Made by a program: the position numbers and the translations under genes | NCBI GenBank assembly: GCA_016218585.1 | Contig: JACRDK010000010.1 | Span: forward strand, 68,974-132,973 | Reading direction: 5' to 3' | Length of the DNA stretch: 64,000 nucleotides | Source: Candidatus Doudnabacteria bacterium | GTDB lineage: Bacteria; Patescibacteriota; Doudnabacteria; UBA920 | Shown here: positions 25,783-35,923 of the stretch, in pieces | How positions within the stretch are numbered: the first letter of the stretch is position 1 | Layout: each line of letters opens with the position of its first letter | The notes under the pieces: model-generated | The model's database searches: none | The model's input: only the letters and a program-made list of their open reading frames with translations | What the model was told of the DNA's origin: nothing

Positions 25783-27075
25783 TTACTTTCGTTTTATAAG
25801 TTTTACTATTCCCGTGTTAGCGTTCACTTCAACTAAATCACCGTCTTTGAAGACTTTAGTCGCGATTTTAGTGCCAATGATGCAGGGTTTTTTCATTTCC
25901 CTGGCAACTATTGCCGCGTGGCAGGTGAGCCCGCCTTCGTCGGTAACAAATCCGGCTGCCAATTTCATTGCCGGTAAAAAGTTTGGAGATGTCATATAGG
26001 TAATCAAAATGTCTCCTTTTTTAATTTTGCTCAATTCTTTTACGGTCATTAAAATTTTCGCTTTGCCCGTAATTATGCCGTTTTGAGCAACCCTCCCTTT
26101 TATTTCATTTATTTTTGAGTTATCCTTTTCTAAAAATATCGGCTCATTTAAATAATAGAATTTCTCATTTATGGAAACGCAGGAAAATTCCGGAGGATAA
26201 TATTTTGGCTTTCCCTTTATTAAGCTAGATAGCGTATAATATTTTAAATCTTGATAGGGGATGCCAAATTTTTTTGCAGGAATTTGCAGTAGCGGTTTAG
26301 CCAAGTTCATTATTTCATAATAAACATCCATCCTAAGCATTCTTAAATACACCAGTTCTCTGGCCTCTTTTATTATTTTTTCAAGTGGCTCGGGGATGGC
26401 TGGGTGTTTGTGTTTCTCTTGGGCCAGCGCATGCTTTGCAATATCAATTAGTTCAGAAGCTGAATAAGCCGGCGAAAAACCATCTCTTGCCCTCATCCAA
26501 CCGTATTTTTTTGCCAATACCCCCTTTGATATTCCTCTTTTATAATCCTCAATCATTTGTTCAAGAGAATTATGCTTAACCGGAAAAGAGGCGTCGCCAA
26601 TAAATTTTTCCAGGTCTCCTTTAACAATTTTTGAAACCCGGTTTTTTAAAAGTGGGGTAAAAAAATGTTCCGCTGTGTGAACAGCCCAAACGTAAGTTGT
26701 GATTTCCCTAAGAATGTTATCTAGAAATTTTAATTTATTAACGTTATCTTTAGAAGCGTTTTTCGCAAGCTCGGTAACTTTGGTTACCCATAATTTATGG
26801 GAAGTTTCCAGCCTCTCGGAAATTTCTTTTACTGAATGTGTTTTGAACCATTTCAAGACAATTGGTTTCGCTTTGGCATATGATTTATCAGATTTAAACC
26901 ATTCTCCATTGCTAAATAAAAAGTCGCATTGCCAGCCAGGCAAGCCGATTTTGTTAAAAGCTTTTTTGGTGTTACCGTCTTTGAAGGTGGACATAATAAA
27001 ACCAAAAAATGGGCGCTTTAACCAAGGCTCCCAGCGGTAGGACGAAGTTGCTTTTTTAATTTGTTCAGAAGTCAT
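25783..27075 (-). CDS. variable N-domain + phospho-His swivel domain protein, paralog 4
   Basis: TDEGGLTCHAAIVAREMKKPCIIGT. Confidence 0.9.
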   Translation of the reverse strand: MTSEQIKKATSSYRWEPWLKRPFFGFIMSTFKDGNTKKAFNKIGLPGWQCDFLFSNGEWFKSDKSYAKAKPIVLKWFKTHSVKEISERLETSHKLWVTKVTELAKNASKDNVNKLKFLDNILREITTYVWAVHTAEHFFTPLLKNRVSKIVKGDLEKFIGDASFPVKHNSLEQMIEDYKRGISKGVLAKKYGWMRARDGFSPAYSASELIDIAKHALAQEKHKHPAIPEPLEKIIKEARELVYLRMLRMDVYYEIMNLAKPLLQIPAKKFGIPYQDLKYYTLSSLIKGKPKYYPPEFSCVSINEKFYYLNEPIFLEKDNSKINEIKGRVAQNGIITGKAKILMTVKELSKIKKGDILITYMTSPNFLPAMKLAAGFVTDEGGLTCHAAIVAREMKKPCIIGTKIATKVFKDGDLVEVNANTGIVKLIKRK

Positions 27076-27078
27076 ATA

Positions 27079-28443
27079 TTAATTAATTTTTTTAACAGTC
27101 CCTTTATTGGCATCTACTTCAATTATATCACCATCTTTAAAGACTTTGGTGGCGATTTTGGTGCCAATAATACAGGGCTTTTTCATCTCTCTGGCAACTA
27201 TTGCCGCGTGGCAGGTGATACCTCCAGAATCAGTTACAAAAGCACCGGCCAAGTTCATCAAAGGCATAAATTCCGGACGTGTCATTGAGGTAACTAATAT
27301 TTCTCCTTTTTTTATCCTTTGAGTTATGGGGTTGTGTATAATTTTTGCTTTGCCAATATATATGCCCGGGTTTGCTGGTAGTCCTTTTATTATACTGGGA
27401 TTTTTTTTATTCTGCGCTGTCAAAATTTTATTCCATTCCTTTTTTGTGATGTCTAAGTAACCGGTTGGCGTCATTATACCTATTCGATTTTTTAGCTTGC
27501 TATAGATTTTGGCCTTTTTGACTAGAGAGATATCTTTAGTCTTCCCTGCTTTAAAAACCTCATCCATGCTTAACCAGCGCATATCATGAAAATTCCAATT
27601 TTTCTTTTCGCACTCAAACCTAAGCCATTTATCCATTAGATCAATTGCAATAAGCTGCAATTTCTTTTTATCGTCCCTAAACGTAACGGCGGTTTTTGCG
27701 AGTTTAGCAAAGAGTTGATATTTTTTGGGAATTTTATCAAGCTTTATAATTTTTTTTATTGCCGATACTTCAAAAGATGTTTTTTTAATGTACGCATCAA
27801 GCCATTTAGGGCTAAGTTTGAAAACGCCAGCGTACGAATTTAGAAACCAGCCGAATTCCAAGTTAAAAGCCGGGTAGATTTTATTTAAATCTCCTTTGTA
27901 TTTTTTTTCTAGCTCAACAAGCTTGAATTGAGCTTGGCTCATAAAAGAAGGGGAGCCTTGGAAAATATAATTTTGAAGTAACTCAAAAAGTTTTGAATCC
28001 GTGAGTTGTATTTTTTTTAGTTCTTCGTCCAGTGCAAAGTCAAAATGAAAATAAATATTAGCGATTTCCGAGTATGATTTTTGAATTTTCGGCCAAAGTT
28101 TAATAAATTGGTCAATATCCGAAGTCGATTGGGCCTTTAGACAAGCTGTTGTTGCCCAATTTATTTCTTTGTAAATTTTATTTATTATATTTGAATATTC
28201 TTTTTTACCAGATTTAGTATCAGTAATAATTTTGTTTCCAACAACACTCATTTTTTTGGTTGGCAGAAATGCTATTAAAAATCCATTTTCAAAATTACAA
28301 AGAAATTTATCCCAAACTACATGGTAGGGCCGTGTTTGTTTCTTTGCAGCCAAGTTGTATAAGGAGGAAAAAAAAGGGTAAGCAAGATATTCCCAGCGAA
28401 TACTTGTTTCCCAATTTTTAGGATTTGTTAGTGAATTATTCAT
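27079..28443 (-). CDS. variable N-domain + phospho-His swivel domain protein, paralog 3
   Basis: TDSGGITCHAAIVAREMKKPCIIGT. Confidence 0.9.
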   Translation of the reverse strand: MNNSLTNPKNWETSIRWEYLAYPFFSSLYNLAAKKQTRPYHVVWDKFLCNFENGFLIAFLPTKKMSVVGNKIITDTKSGKKEYSNIINKIYKEINWATTACLKAQSTSDIDQFIKLWPKIQKSYSEIANIYFHFDFALDEELKKIQLTDSKLFELLQNYIFQGSPSFMSQAQFKLVELEKKYKGDLNKIYPAFNLEFGWFLNSYAGVFKLSPKWLDAYIKKTSFEVSAIKKIIKLDKIPKKYQLFAKLAKTAVTFRDDKKKLQLIAIDLMDKWLRFECEKKNWNFHDMRWLSMDEVFKAGKTKDISLVKKAKIYSKLKNRIGIMTPTGYLDITKKEWNKILTAQNKKNPSIIKGLPANPGIYIGKAKIIHNPITQRIKKGEILVTSMTRPEFMPLMNLAGAFVTDSGGITCHAAIVAREMKKPCIIGTKIATKVFKDGDIIEVDANKGTVKKIN

Positions 28444-29897
28444 ATCTTTCTAACAATACCTTTATTTGCGTCTACTTCCACCATATCCCCATCTTTAAAA
28501 ACTTTGGTGGCGATTTTGGTATTAACAATGCAGGGAATGCCGAGTTCCCTGGAAACTACGGCCGCATGAGACATTAATCCACCAACATCTGTAATAATTG
28601 CAGCGGCTTTGCGCATTGCGTGAATGTAGTCAGGCGAGGTCATAGCTGTGATTAAAATTTCTCCAGCTTTCATTTTATTGCTTTCAAGAGCTGAATGCAA
28701 AACTCTGGCCCTGCCTTTTACTATATCAGCCTTGCGGCTAACCACTGTGCCATTTAAGTTTGCAGTGTTTGATTTTGAATAAAGTTCAGAAAAATATTTT
28801 GCCAGTCTCGTTGCTTTTTTTCCGGTATAAAAAGTATAGAAACCTAACTTTGAATAAAAAACATAAAACTTTTTTCTTTGAGCGATAGTTTTTTCTGCAA
28901 CTTTTTTGTCAGTGTCAAATGCCTTCGCCCATTCATCTGCTGAATAATGCAGAATATCTGGCAAAGGGACTTCTAGTCTGTTTGCTAAATGCTTGCTAAG
29001 TATGGTGATTACGCTGGAAGACCGCCAGGCCATACCTTTCCTGTGGTCCTGCAGCCAGATTGATGACGAAAGCGCATGGGCAAGTTTTCGAGTTTGAGAG
29101 GGGATTTTATATTCTTTACTAATCTTCGATTTTTGTTTTTTTATTTTTGATGGGTAGGAAACAATTTCTTTATATTCGTCTTTAATTTTTTTAAGTGAAA
29201 GTTTTCTTATTCTGTTATAAAAGTATTTCTTATTTAGATCTTTTGAACCAAAATAGCTGTTGTTTAGCCAAAACCATTTTTTGGCATAATCTTCTAATAG
29301 CTTATCTAGATGAGCAGATGTCTTAGCTTTTAATTTGCATTCCAAAAGTTCTTTTTGGCTGAGTTGGTTGAAGCTTAATTTTTCCGGCGCTAATAAAATT
29401 TCAAGCAGGGTCTCAACTTTGTCAGCAGGAACCAGCTTGGCTAATGCGCTTTTTAATAACACGGGCGCTCCGTAATTAGCAACCTCAAAAACATCAGTTA
29501 AGCACCAGAATTGATAATATAGTCTATGCCACTCTAAGGCCAAGTTTTTTATTTCATTATTTTTTGAGGCAGAAAAAGAAACTGCGTTAATTTTTTTTAC
29601 TATCCCATTTAATTGTTTTACGTAGGAATAATAAATTTTTTCTATTTTTTTTCTTTTTTCTCCAGGTAAAACCCATTTTTTTATGGAGGCGATGCCATTT
29701 TTTTCAAGGCCGGCCTTTCTCCAATAAAAAGTACCCTTGTCATTTTTAATAATGCCAACCATGCTTTCCCAATAAATACCCCAAGGGCTTTTTATTGTTC
29801 CCGACATTGGGGCAAACCAAAAAGAGGGGTAAATTAGTTTCATATCTATTGGCCCCCATTGTTCAACTTCGTCTTTTGTCGGAAGAATGATTCTCAT
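28440..29897 (-). CDS. variable N-domain + phospho-His swivel domain protein, paralog 2
   Basis: TDVGGLMSHAAVVSRELGIPCIV. Confidence 0.9.
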   Translation of the reverse strand: MRIILPTKDEVEQWGPIDMKLIYPSFWFAPMSGTIKSPWGIYWESMVGIIKNDKGTFYWRKAGLEKNGIASIKKWVLPGEKRKKIEKIYYSYVKQLNGIVKKINAVSFSASKNNEIKNLALEWHRLYYQFWCLTDVFEVANYGAPVLLKSALAKLVPADKVETLLEILLAPEKLSFNQLSQKELLECKLKAKTSAHLDKLLEDYAKKWFWLNNSYFGSKDLNKKYFYNRIRKLSLKKIKDEYKEIVSYPSKIKKQKSKISKEYKIPSQTRKLAHALSSSIWLQDHRKGMAWRSSSVITILSKHLANRLEVPLPDILHYSADEWAKAFDTDKKVAEKTIAQRKKFYVFYSKLGFYTFYTGKKATRLAKYFSELYSKSNTANLNGTVVSRKADIVKGRARVLHSALESNKMKAGEILITAMTSPDYIHAMRKAAAIITDVGGLMSHAAVVSRELGIPCIVNTKIATKVFKDGDMVEVDANKGIVRKI

Positions 29898-31309
29898 ATT
29901 TTCCTAACGATTCCTTTATTTGCGTCTACTTCCACCATGTCGCCATCTTTTAATACTCGGGTAGCGATTTTGGTGCCAATAATGCACGGCTTATTCATTT
30001 CTCGGGATACAATGCCTGCGTGTGAAGTTACTCCGCCTTCGTCTGTAACAAAACCAGCTGCCTTTTGCATTGCTGGTAAAAACTCAGGCCTTGTCATCGA
30101 GGTTACAAGTATCTCGCCTTTTTTTACTTTTGCAATATCATGATAGCTGGCACATATTTTCACCCGGCCTTTTACAAATCCTTTACAGGCAACCATCCCT
30201 TTTAGTTCCATCAGTCTTTGGTTATTTGGTTTGTTAAGACACTTTTCAATATATGCCGAGTCTTTTTCTGTAAATATAAAGATTTTATTTTTTATAGCGT
30301 AGCTATCGCTTTTAGGGTAACGATTTAGTAGTAGTTTAACAAACTTGGGGCTTGTAAGATTTGGGTATGTTAGCTCCCGTGAGTGAATAAATTTAAAATT
30401 TTCTGTAGGGATATTTACTCTTAAGGCCAACTCTTCTACGACAGGTTCCAGCCAGCTCAGTGTTTCCAATAAGTATTTTTTTCTGTCATCTTGCCAGCTT
30501 GTACATACTTCAACTGTATTTATTACAAATTTTTCTTTTTCTGACAGCCCCAATTCTTTTATTAGCCTAGCTTTACTGCTTTTATTATTTTTTAATTTTT
30601 CAAATGTTGGTAAATATTTTTGTGCTTTAGATTTTTTTACGACATCCTCGTGAGACAAAACTATTGCTTTGACATAACTATTATCTATCCATCCAAATTT
30701 TTTCAAAAATCTTTTTACTAGAATTTTTTGTTTTTCTTTTTTTGCATTTTTTATTTGCCAAAGCATCATCTGTGCCTGGGAAAGGAAGGAGGGCTTAATT
30801 GCTGCGGAAAGAATTTGAAAATTTTCATGGTTGTTTAAACCACGCTTGTCTAGCATCTCTTTAATTTTAAGTTCGCTTACAAATGATATGCCCTCAATAC
30901 AATGAGCGGTTCCCACAGCCATCGATAGTTCCTTGGTAGTTTTTTGGGCCACTCTTACCAGTTCTTTTAATGAAAGTGTTTGCAGATGTTTCGGGTTTTT
31001 TTTGGCCAGCCTTTTCGCTTTTAAATAATCTTGTTTGTGCAAACGTATAAAATATTTTAGCTGTTTTACAGTTTTGTTTTTTTTGTAGTAGCCAAAGCCT
31101 ATGGATGCCAAGTCAGCCTCGTCGTAATAGTATTTTGCTCTCGTCCCATCCATGCGTAAAAAGAAATGAGAGTAGTTAACTCCTGTTATTGGTTTTATCA
31201 TCCAGCCGGTGTTGCTTGCAACAGTATGAAGATATAGAGGTAAACCATTAAAACCCTGAACCATCCACGCCTTATTTTTTAGTATTTCTACAAGCCTCTC
31301 TTTGGTCAT
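29894..31309 (-). CDS. variable N-domain + phospho-His swivel domain protein, paralog 1
   Basis: TDEGGVTSHAGIVSREMNKPCIIGT. Confidence 0.9.
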   Translation of the reverse strand: MTKERLVEILKNKAWMVQGFNGLPLYLHTVASNTGWMIKPITGVNYSHFFLRMDGTRAKYYYDEADLASIGFGYYKKNKTVKQLKYFIRLHKQDYLKAKRLAKKNPKHLQTLSLKELVRVAQKTTKELSMAVGTAHCIEGISFVSELKIKEMLDKRGLNNHENFQILSAAIKPSFLSQAQMMLWQIKNAKKEKQKILVKRFLKKFGWIDNSYVKAIVLSHEDVVKKSKAQKYLPTFEKLKNNKSSKARLIKELGLSEKEKFVINTVEVCTSWQDDRKKYLLETLSWLEPVVEELALRVNIPTENFKFIHSRELTYPNLTSPKFVKLLLNRYPKSDSYAIKNKIFIFTEKDSAYIEKCLNKPNNQRLMELKGMVACKGFVKGRVKICASYHDIAKVKKGEILVTSMTRPEFLPAMQKAAGFVTDEGGVTSHAGIVSREMNKPCIIGTKIATRVLKDGDMVEVDANKGIVRKI

Positions 31310-31325
31310 ATTTGTGGAGTAAATC

Positions 31326-32087
31326 TTAAGCTTTGATTTTGGCTGTATTTAAAAATTTTCCATCTGTATTAAATTGGTAAATTTGGCAAAATTCAGGTTC
31401 GTCACCGAGCTTGGCGTCTTCGTTCATATTTTCTCTTTGGAAATATCCAAGAGTGCCGCTGTGTCCGATACCTAAAAAAGTTATGCTACTATTTTCGCTT
31501 GTAATATTGTTAAAAATATTTTTTATTAGTTTTTGGTGTCTTTCAATAGCTTCGGTTGGGTGAATTTTATCATCAACTTCAGGTTTGCTATTATACATAT
31601 CATTCATCCAGCGAACAAGGGCCTCATTTTCAGAAATGCCTTCATTTTTCATCATGTCAGCATAAGGGGCCCACGTGGCTTCGTCAGCATCCGATAAAAG
31701 TTTTCTTAAATTTAAATCCTCAATTCTTATAATATCAACATCCTTGCCGTTTTTGTTAGAAGTTTTTTTATTTTTATTTGAAAGTTGGTCGATGCGGGCG
31801 CACACTAAGTCATTTGTCAGTTTGGCTCGGTCTTTGGCGCTATCTATGCTAATTACAATATTTCTTCCTTGGGGTAAACTTTCAAAAACCTTATCCCCAA
31901 GTCTCAGGCTTCTTATTAGGCCTTCCATTTTTAAAGTAGTTTCCGTTTTTTCAGGCAATTCTTCGCTTAGTACACCTAAGACTAAATTTGCCTCATCTTC
32001 CGGAAGATTTTGTTTTAATTCGTCTTTATTTATTTGCCACGTTCCTTTGTCTGCATGACGAGTTATAAAAGCTTTATTTTCTTGCAT
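31326..32087 (-). CDS. divergent histidine phosphatase superfamily protein
   Basis: FITRHA, 'S...RA..T', C-terminal GIGHSG. Confidence 0.65.
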   Translation of the reverse strand: MQENKAFITRHADKGTWQINKDELKQNLPEDEANLVLGVLSEELPEKTETTLKMEGLIRSLRLGDKVFESLPQGRNIVISIDSAKDRAKLTNDLVCARIDQLSNKNKKTSNKNGKDVDIIRIEDLNLRKLLSDADEATWAPYADMMKNEGISENEALVRWMNDMYNSKPEVDDKIHPTEAIERHQKLIKNIFNNITSENSSITFLGIGHSGTLGYFQRENMNEDAKLGDEPEFCQIYQFNTDGKFLNTAKIKA

Positions 32088-32176
32088 ATTTTTATGATTA
32101 GAATTAGTTATTTTTATTCTACATTAAACATAAAAATCAGCCAAGTTGTCAATTTTGGATGTGCCAAATTAAAACA

Positions 32177-32206
32177 AAAAACACCATCTAAAATGATGGT
32201 GTTTTT
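32177..32206 (-). terminator. terminator after tRNA-Ser(GCT)
   Basis: AAAAACACCATC-loop-GATGGTGTTTTT. Confidence 0.7.
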
Positions 32207-32298
32207 TGGCGGAGAGGGAGGGATTCGAACCCTCGAAAGGATTTGACTCCTTTACCGGTTTAGCAAACCAGCGCACTAGGCCTCTATGCGACCTCTCC
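32207..32298 (-). tRNA. tRNA-Ser(GCT)
   Basis: GGAGAGG...CTGGT TTGCTAA ACCGG, long variable arm, T-arm, GCCA. Confidence 0.96.
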
Positions 32299-32335
32299 AT
32301 ATTTATTATATTTTGTCGTGATTTGGAAGGTAATA

Positions 32336-32415
32336 AACCCTCGTCCGCCTGAGGCGAATGACTCCTTTACCGGTTTAGCAAACCAAGGCTACTTAGGCCT
32401 CCATGAGACCTCTCC
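32336..32415 (-). pseudogene. degenerate tandem copy of tRNA-Ser(GCT) with TCCGCC-type palindrome in variable arm
   Basis: 27-nt identity tgactcctttaccggtttagcaaacca and gacctctccatatttat with the intact gene; T-arm and acceptor 3' strand lost. Confidence 0.8.
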
Positions 32416-32574
32416 ATATTTATAACCTTGAAACTAAAACCTCTCTGTCGCTCAAAAGCATTCGCGACATCTCCCCTCACCAGGGGAGAAGGGAGCATCT
32501 AATAAAAATGCGCCAGGCACTGAAGCTGAACAACGGCATTGATATAGATTACGAAGTTTATTTTATCATATTGT

Positions 32575-33333
32575 TTAATCTCTGGCAACGGTCAGGCAAA
32601 TGACTTTGGCGGCGCCTGCCCTTTTAAGGATTTTAGCTGCTTCCTGCAAGGTAGCGCCAGTGGTTGTGACATCGTCGACCAATAGGCATATATGATTTAA
32701 GATAGAAGATTTATGATTTTCAGGAACTTCAAAAGCATCGCGGACGTTTTTAAGGCGGGCTTCGCGTTTCAGGTCTTTTTGGGTTTTAGTGTGCTTTTTT
32801 CTAATTAGCGCGTCAATAACCGGCAGGTTCGTTTCTTTCGCAATTGCCTCGCAGAGAATTTTTGACTGATTAAAACCCCTCCAGCGCAGGCGCCATTTAT
32901 TTAAGGGGGTGGGGACGAGGATGGGATTTAAGATATATGATTTAAGATTTAAGAATTGGGAATCAGACGTAAGCTTGTTTGCCAGCATGCCGCCGAGGAT
33001 TTGGTAGGCCTCAGGCAAAAAAGAATATTTTCCTTTAATTAAAATTTTTGCCAGGTTAGCATCGTGATAATCATAAAAACTAATTAGCGCGTCCGCTCCG
33101 TAAGGGGTTTGGCAGCTTAAGTGGGTGAGTCCGAAGGGGGAGGGTTTTTGGCACATAATACAGCGCTGGTGTTCGAGCGGTTTTAGCCGGACTTTGCAAT
33201 CCAGGCAAATAAACGAGCCTTCTTGTTCGCAGCAGAGGCAGGAAATGGGGAAAAGAGTGTCTAAAACAAACGCTTTAATATCTGCAAATAGCGGGCGAAA
33301 GAAATTAGAATAAAGCATATAGAATTTAGGCAA
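32575..33333 (-). CDS. comF: ComF family competence protein (zinc ribbon + PRTase)
   Basis: LFP..C..C, C..C pairs, RGFNQS, LVDDVTTTGAT. Confidence 0.93.
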   Translation of the reverse strand: MPKFYMLYSNFFRPLFADIKAFVLDTLFPISCLCCEQEGSFICLDCKVRLKPLEHQRCIMCQKPSPFGLTHLSCQTPYGADALISFYDYHDANLAKILIKGKYSFLPEAYQILGGMLANKLTSDSQFLNLKSYILNPILVPTPLNKWRLRWRGFNQSKILCEAIAKETNLPVIDALIRKKHTKTQKDLKREARLKNVRDAFEVPENHKSSILNHICLLVDDVTTTGATLQEAAKILKRAGAAKVICLTVARD

Positions 33334-33335
33334 AC

Positions 33336-33365
33336 AAAAAGCCCCGCAATTTTAAGGGGCTTTTT
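33336..33365 (-). terminator. terminator after clpC
   Basis: AAAAAGCCCC-loop-GGGGCTTTTT. Confidence 0.7.
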
Positions 33366-33367
33366 GT

Positions 33368-35923
33368 TTAGGCTGGGACTGCAACTTTTTCCATTTTTTG
33401 GAGGGAAAAAATTACCTTCTCATTTTTTAATTCCGCGGAGATTTTTGCTCCGTTAATTGCTCTGCCGGCAATTATTTTTTCCGCCAGCGGATCTTCTATT
33501 AACGTTTGAATATTTTTGCGGACAAAGCGCGCGCCTTGCGCCGGGTCAAAACTTTTCTCGGCCACAAACTTAATTACCGCCGGAGAAATTTTCAGTTGCA
33601 GATTTTGCTCGAGCAGCCTGGCTTGGAGAATAGAAATTTGCAGTTGGGAAATTTTCTTTAATTCTTCAAAGCCCAGAGGCTTAAAGACAATAATTTTGTC
33701 TATGCGGTTTAAGAACTCGGGGCGGAATTCTTTTTTCAAATTATCCAACACCCCGGTTTTAATGTTCTCGTATTCTTTTTCCAGGCGGTCTTTCTGATTC
33801 TTTGATTCATCGCTCTTATCCGCAAAACCAATTTTTGCTGCCTGCTGGTTTAATTCCTGCATGCCCAGGTTGGAAGTCATAATAATTACCGTATTGCGGA
33901 AAGAAACTTTTTTTCCCTCGGCATCGGTAAGCTGTCCGTCTTCCAAAATTTGCAGGAAGATGTTAAAGACTTCCGGATTGGCTTTTTCTATTTCATCGAA
34001 CAAGACAACCGCGTACGGTTTGCGCCTTACGGCTTCGGTTAGCCTGCCGCCTTCGCCATAGCCGACATAGCCGGCCGGGGCGCCAATGAGGCGGGAGACA
34101 TTGTGGCGTTCCATAAATTCTGACATATCCACGCGGATGAGTGCATCCTCGTCTTCAAATATTTCGGAGGCTAAAGCCTTGGCGGTTTCGGTTTTGCCGA
34201 CTCCGGTCGGCCCAAGGAAAATAAAGCTTCCCAAAGGGCGCTTAGGGTCGGAAAGTCCGGCCCGGCTTCTGCGGACGGCTTTGGAAATTTCTTCCACGGC
34301 TTCATCCTGCCCGACAATTTTAGCCTTTAAAACTTTTTCCAAGGAGGAAAGTTTGCCTATTTCCGTCTTCGCCAACTTATTAAGCGGAATTTTAGTCATC
34401 ATTGAAACAGTGTGGGCAATGTCTTCCGCGGTTATGGTATGGGTGGGGACTTTTTCTTCCGCAGCCAGGCTTTTAGAGAGTTGTTCTTTTTGTTTGAATA
34501 ACTTTTCTTCCTGGGTGCGCAAATGCAAAGCGGTGGTAAAATCCTGGGCCAATACTGCCTTGGTTTTTTCTTCTTCCAAAGCCGCCAGGTCGCTTTCTAT
34601 TTTTTTTGTAGCTCTGAGCAATTTGCTGTTTGAATTAATGGAGCGCAAGAAAGCAGCTGTTTCATCTATTAAATCCACGGCTTTGTCCGGCAAATAGCGG
34701 TCTTGAATGTAGCGGGAAGAAAGTTCAACCGCGGATTTTATGGCTTCGTCGGTAATGGTAACATTATGATGTTTTTCGTAAGACGGTTTTAGTCCCTGTA
34801 AAATCTCCACGGTTTCTAAGGCGCTTGGCTCTTCCACCAGAATCGGCTGGAAGCGGCGCTCTAAGGCCGCGTCTTTTTCTATGTGCTGTTTGTATTCGGT
34901 TAAAGTAGTTGCGCCAATTGCCCTAAGCTCGCCGCGCGCAAGAGCCGGCTTTAAAATGTTGGCCGCGTCTAAACTGCCGGTGGTCGCGCCTGCGCCAACC
35001 ATAGTATGTAGCTCGTCTATAAATAGAATAACGTCTTTGTCGTTTTTAACTTCGTCAATAATTTGCTTTAAACGATTTTCAAATTCTCCGCGGAACATGC
35101 TGCCGGCAACAATTAACGCCAAATCTAAGGACAGAATTTTTTTGTCCAAGAGGGAATCGGGGACTTCCCGTTTAGTTATAGCTAAAGCCAAACCCTCTAC
35201 AATGGCGGTTTTGCCAACGCCGGCTTCGCCAATTAGGATTGGATTGTTTTTTGTGCGGCGGTTAAGAATGGAAATCATTCTTTCGATTTCATGGCGGCGG
35301 CCAATTACCGGATCAATTAAACCTTGCCCGGCTTTTTTTGTTAAGTCGGTAGTAAAGTATTCAAGCAGGTTTCCTTTTTTTGGATCCATCATTTTTGGCT
35401 GAGGGCCGGCTGGGCCTTCAAACGGAGGCTGCTGCATATTCTCGGCGCCGGAAGGCATTTCCGGAAATTTAGAAATATTTTCAAAGACGTTAACTAAATT
35501 CTGCTCCAGCTCGGAAATATCTATTCCCAGCTTAGACAAAATTACTTTAGCCTTGTTGTGGGGGACATTAAGCAATCCATACAAAAAATGTTCGGTGCCA
35601 ATAAACTGGTAGCCATACTGGCTGGCAATAATTGCCGCTTTTTCTATTACAGATTTTAAATTTTCACTCAAAACCGGTTTCCAGGAAGCAACCGAATTGT
35701 TGCTGTTTACAAAAATCAGCTCCTGTTTTACAACTTCCGGAGTGAGTTTGGTTTTTGTTAAAATTTCCGCGGCAAAAGAACTTTTTTCGGAAACGACTCC
35801 GTACAAAAGATGCTCAGTGCCAATATGGTCGTGTTTTAATTCCTCGCTAACCAACTGCGCCATAATAAGCGCGTTCTTAGCGCGGGAGGAAAGACGTTCT
35901 AAAATGTAGGTGAAATTAGTCAT
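33368..35923 (-). CDS. clpC: ATP-dependent Clp protease ATPase ClpC
   Basis: Two Clp-N repeats (IGTEH), GEAGVGKT, UVR-like middle, GPTGVGKT, GYVGY. Confidence 0.93.
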   Translation of the reverse strand: MTNFTYILERLSSRAKNALIMAQLVSEELKHDHIGTEHLLYGVVSEKSSFAAEILTKTKLTPEVVKQELIFVNSNNSVASWKPVLSENLKSVIEKAAIIASQYGYQFIGTEHFLYGLLNVPHNKAKVILSKLGIDISELEQNLVNVFENISKFPEMPSGAENMQQPPFEGPAGPQPKMMDPKKGNLLEYFTTDLTKKAGQGLIDPVIGRRHEIERMISILNRRTKNNPILIGEAGVGKTAIVEGLALAITKREVPDSLLDKKILSLDLALIVAGSMFRGEFENRLKQIIDEVKNDKDVILFIDELHTMVGAGATTGSLDAANILKPALARGELRAIGATTLTEYKQHIEKDAALERRFQPILVEEPSALETVEILQGLKPSYEKHHNVTITDEAIKSAVELSSRYIQDRYLPDKAVDLIDETAAFLRSINSNSKLLRATKKIESDLAALEEEKTKAVLAQDFTTALHLRTQEEKLFKQKEQLSKSLAAEEKVPTHTITAEDIAHTVSMMTKIPLNKLAKTEIGKLSSLEKVLKAKIVGQDEAVEEISKAVRRSRAGLSDPKRPLGSFIFLGPTGVGKTETAKALASEIFEDEDALIRVDMSEFMERHNVSRLIGAPAGYVGYGEGGRLTEAVRRKPYAVVLFDEIEKANPEVFNIFLQILEDGQLTDAEGKKVSFRNTVIIMTSNLGMQELNQQAAKIGFADKSDESKNQKDRLEKEYENIKTGVLDNLKKEFRPEFLNRIDKIIVFKPLGFEELKKISQLQISILQARLLEQNLQLKISPAVIKFVAEKSFDPAQGARFVRKNIQTLIEDPLAEKIIAGRAINGAKISAELKNEKVIFSLQKMEKVAVPA

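Noticed and set aside
33516-35909. Long antisense ORFs over clpC (likewise over recG, rseP, mreB)
   Set aside because: Typical antisense shadows of conserved genes with no independent signals
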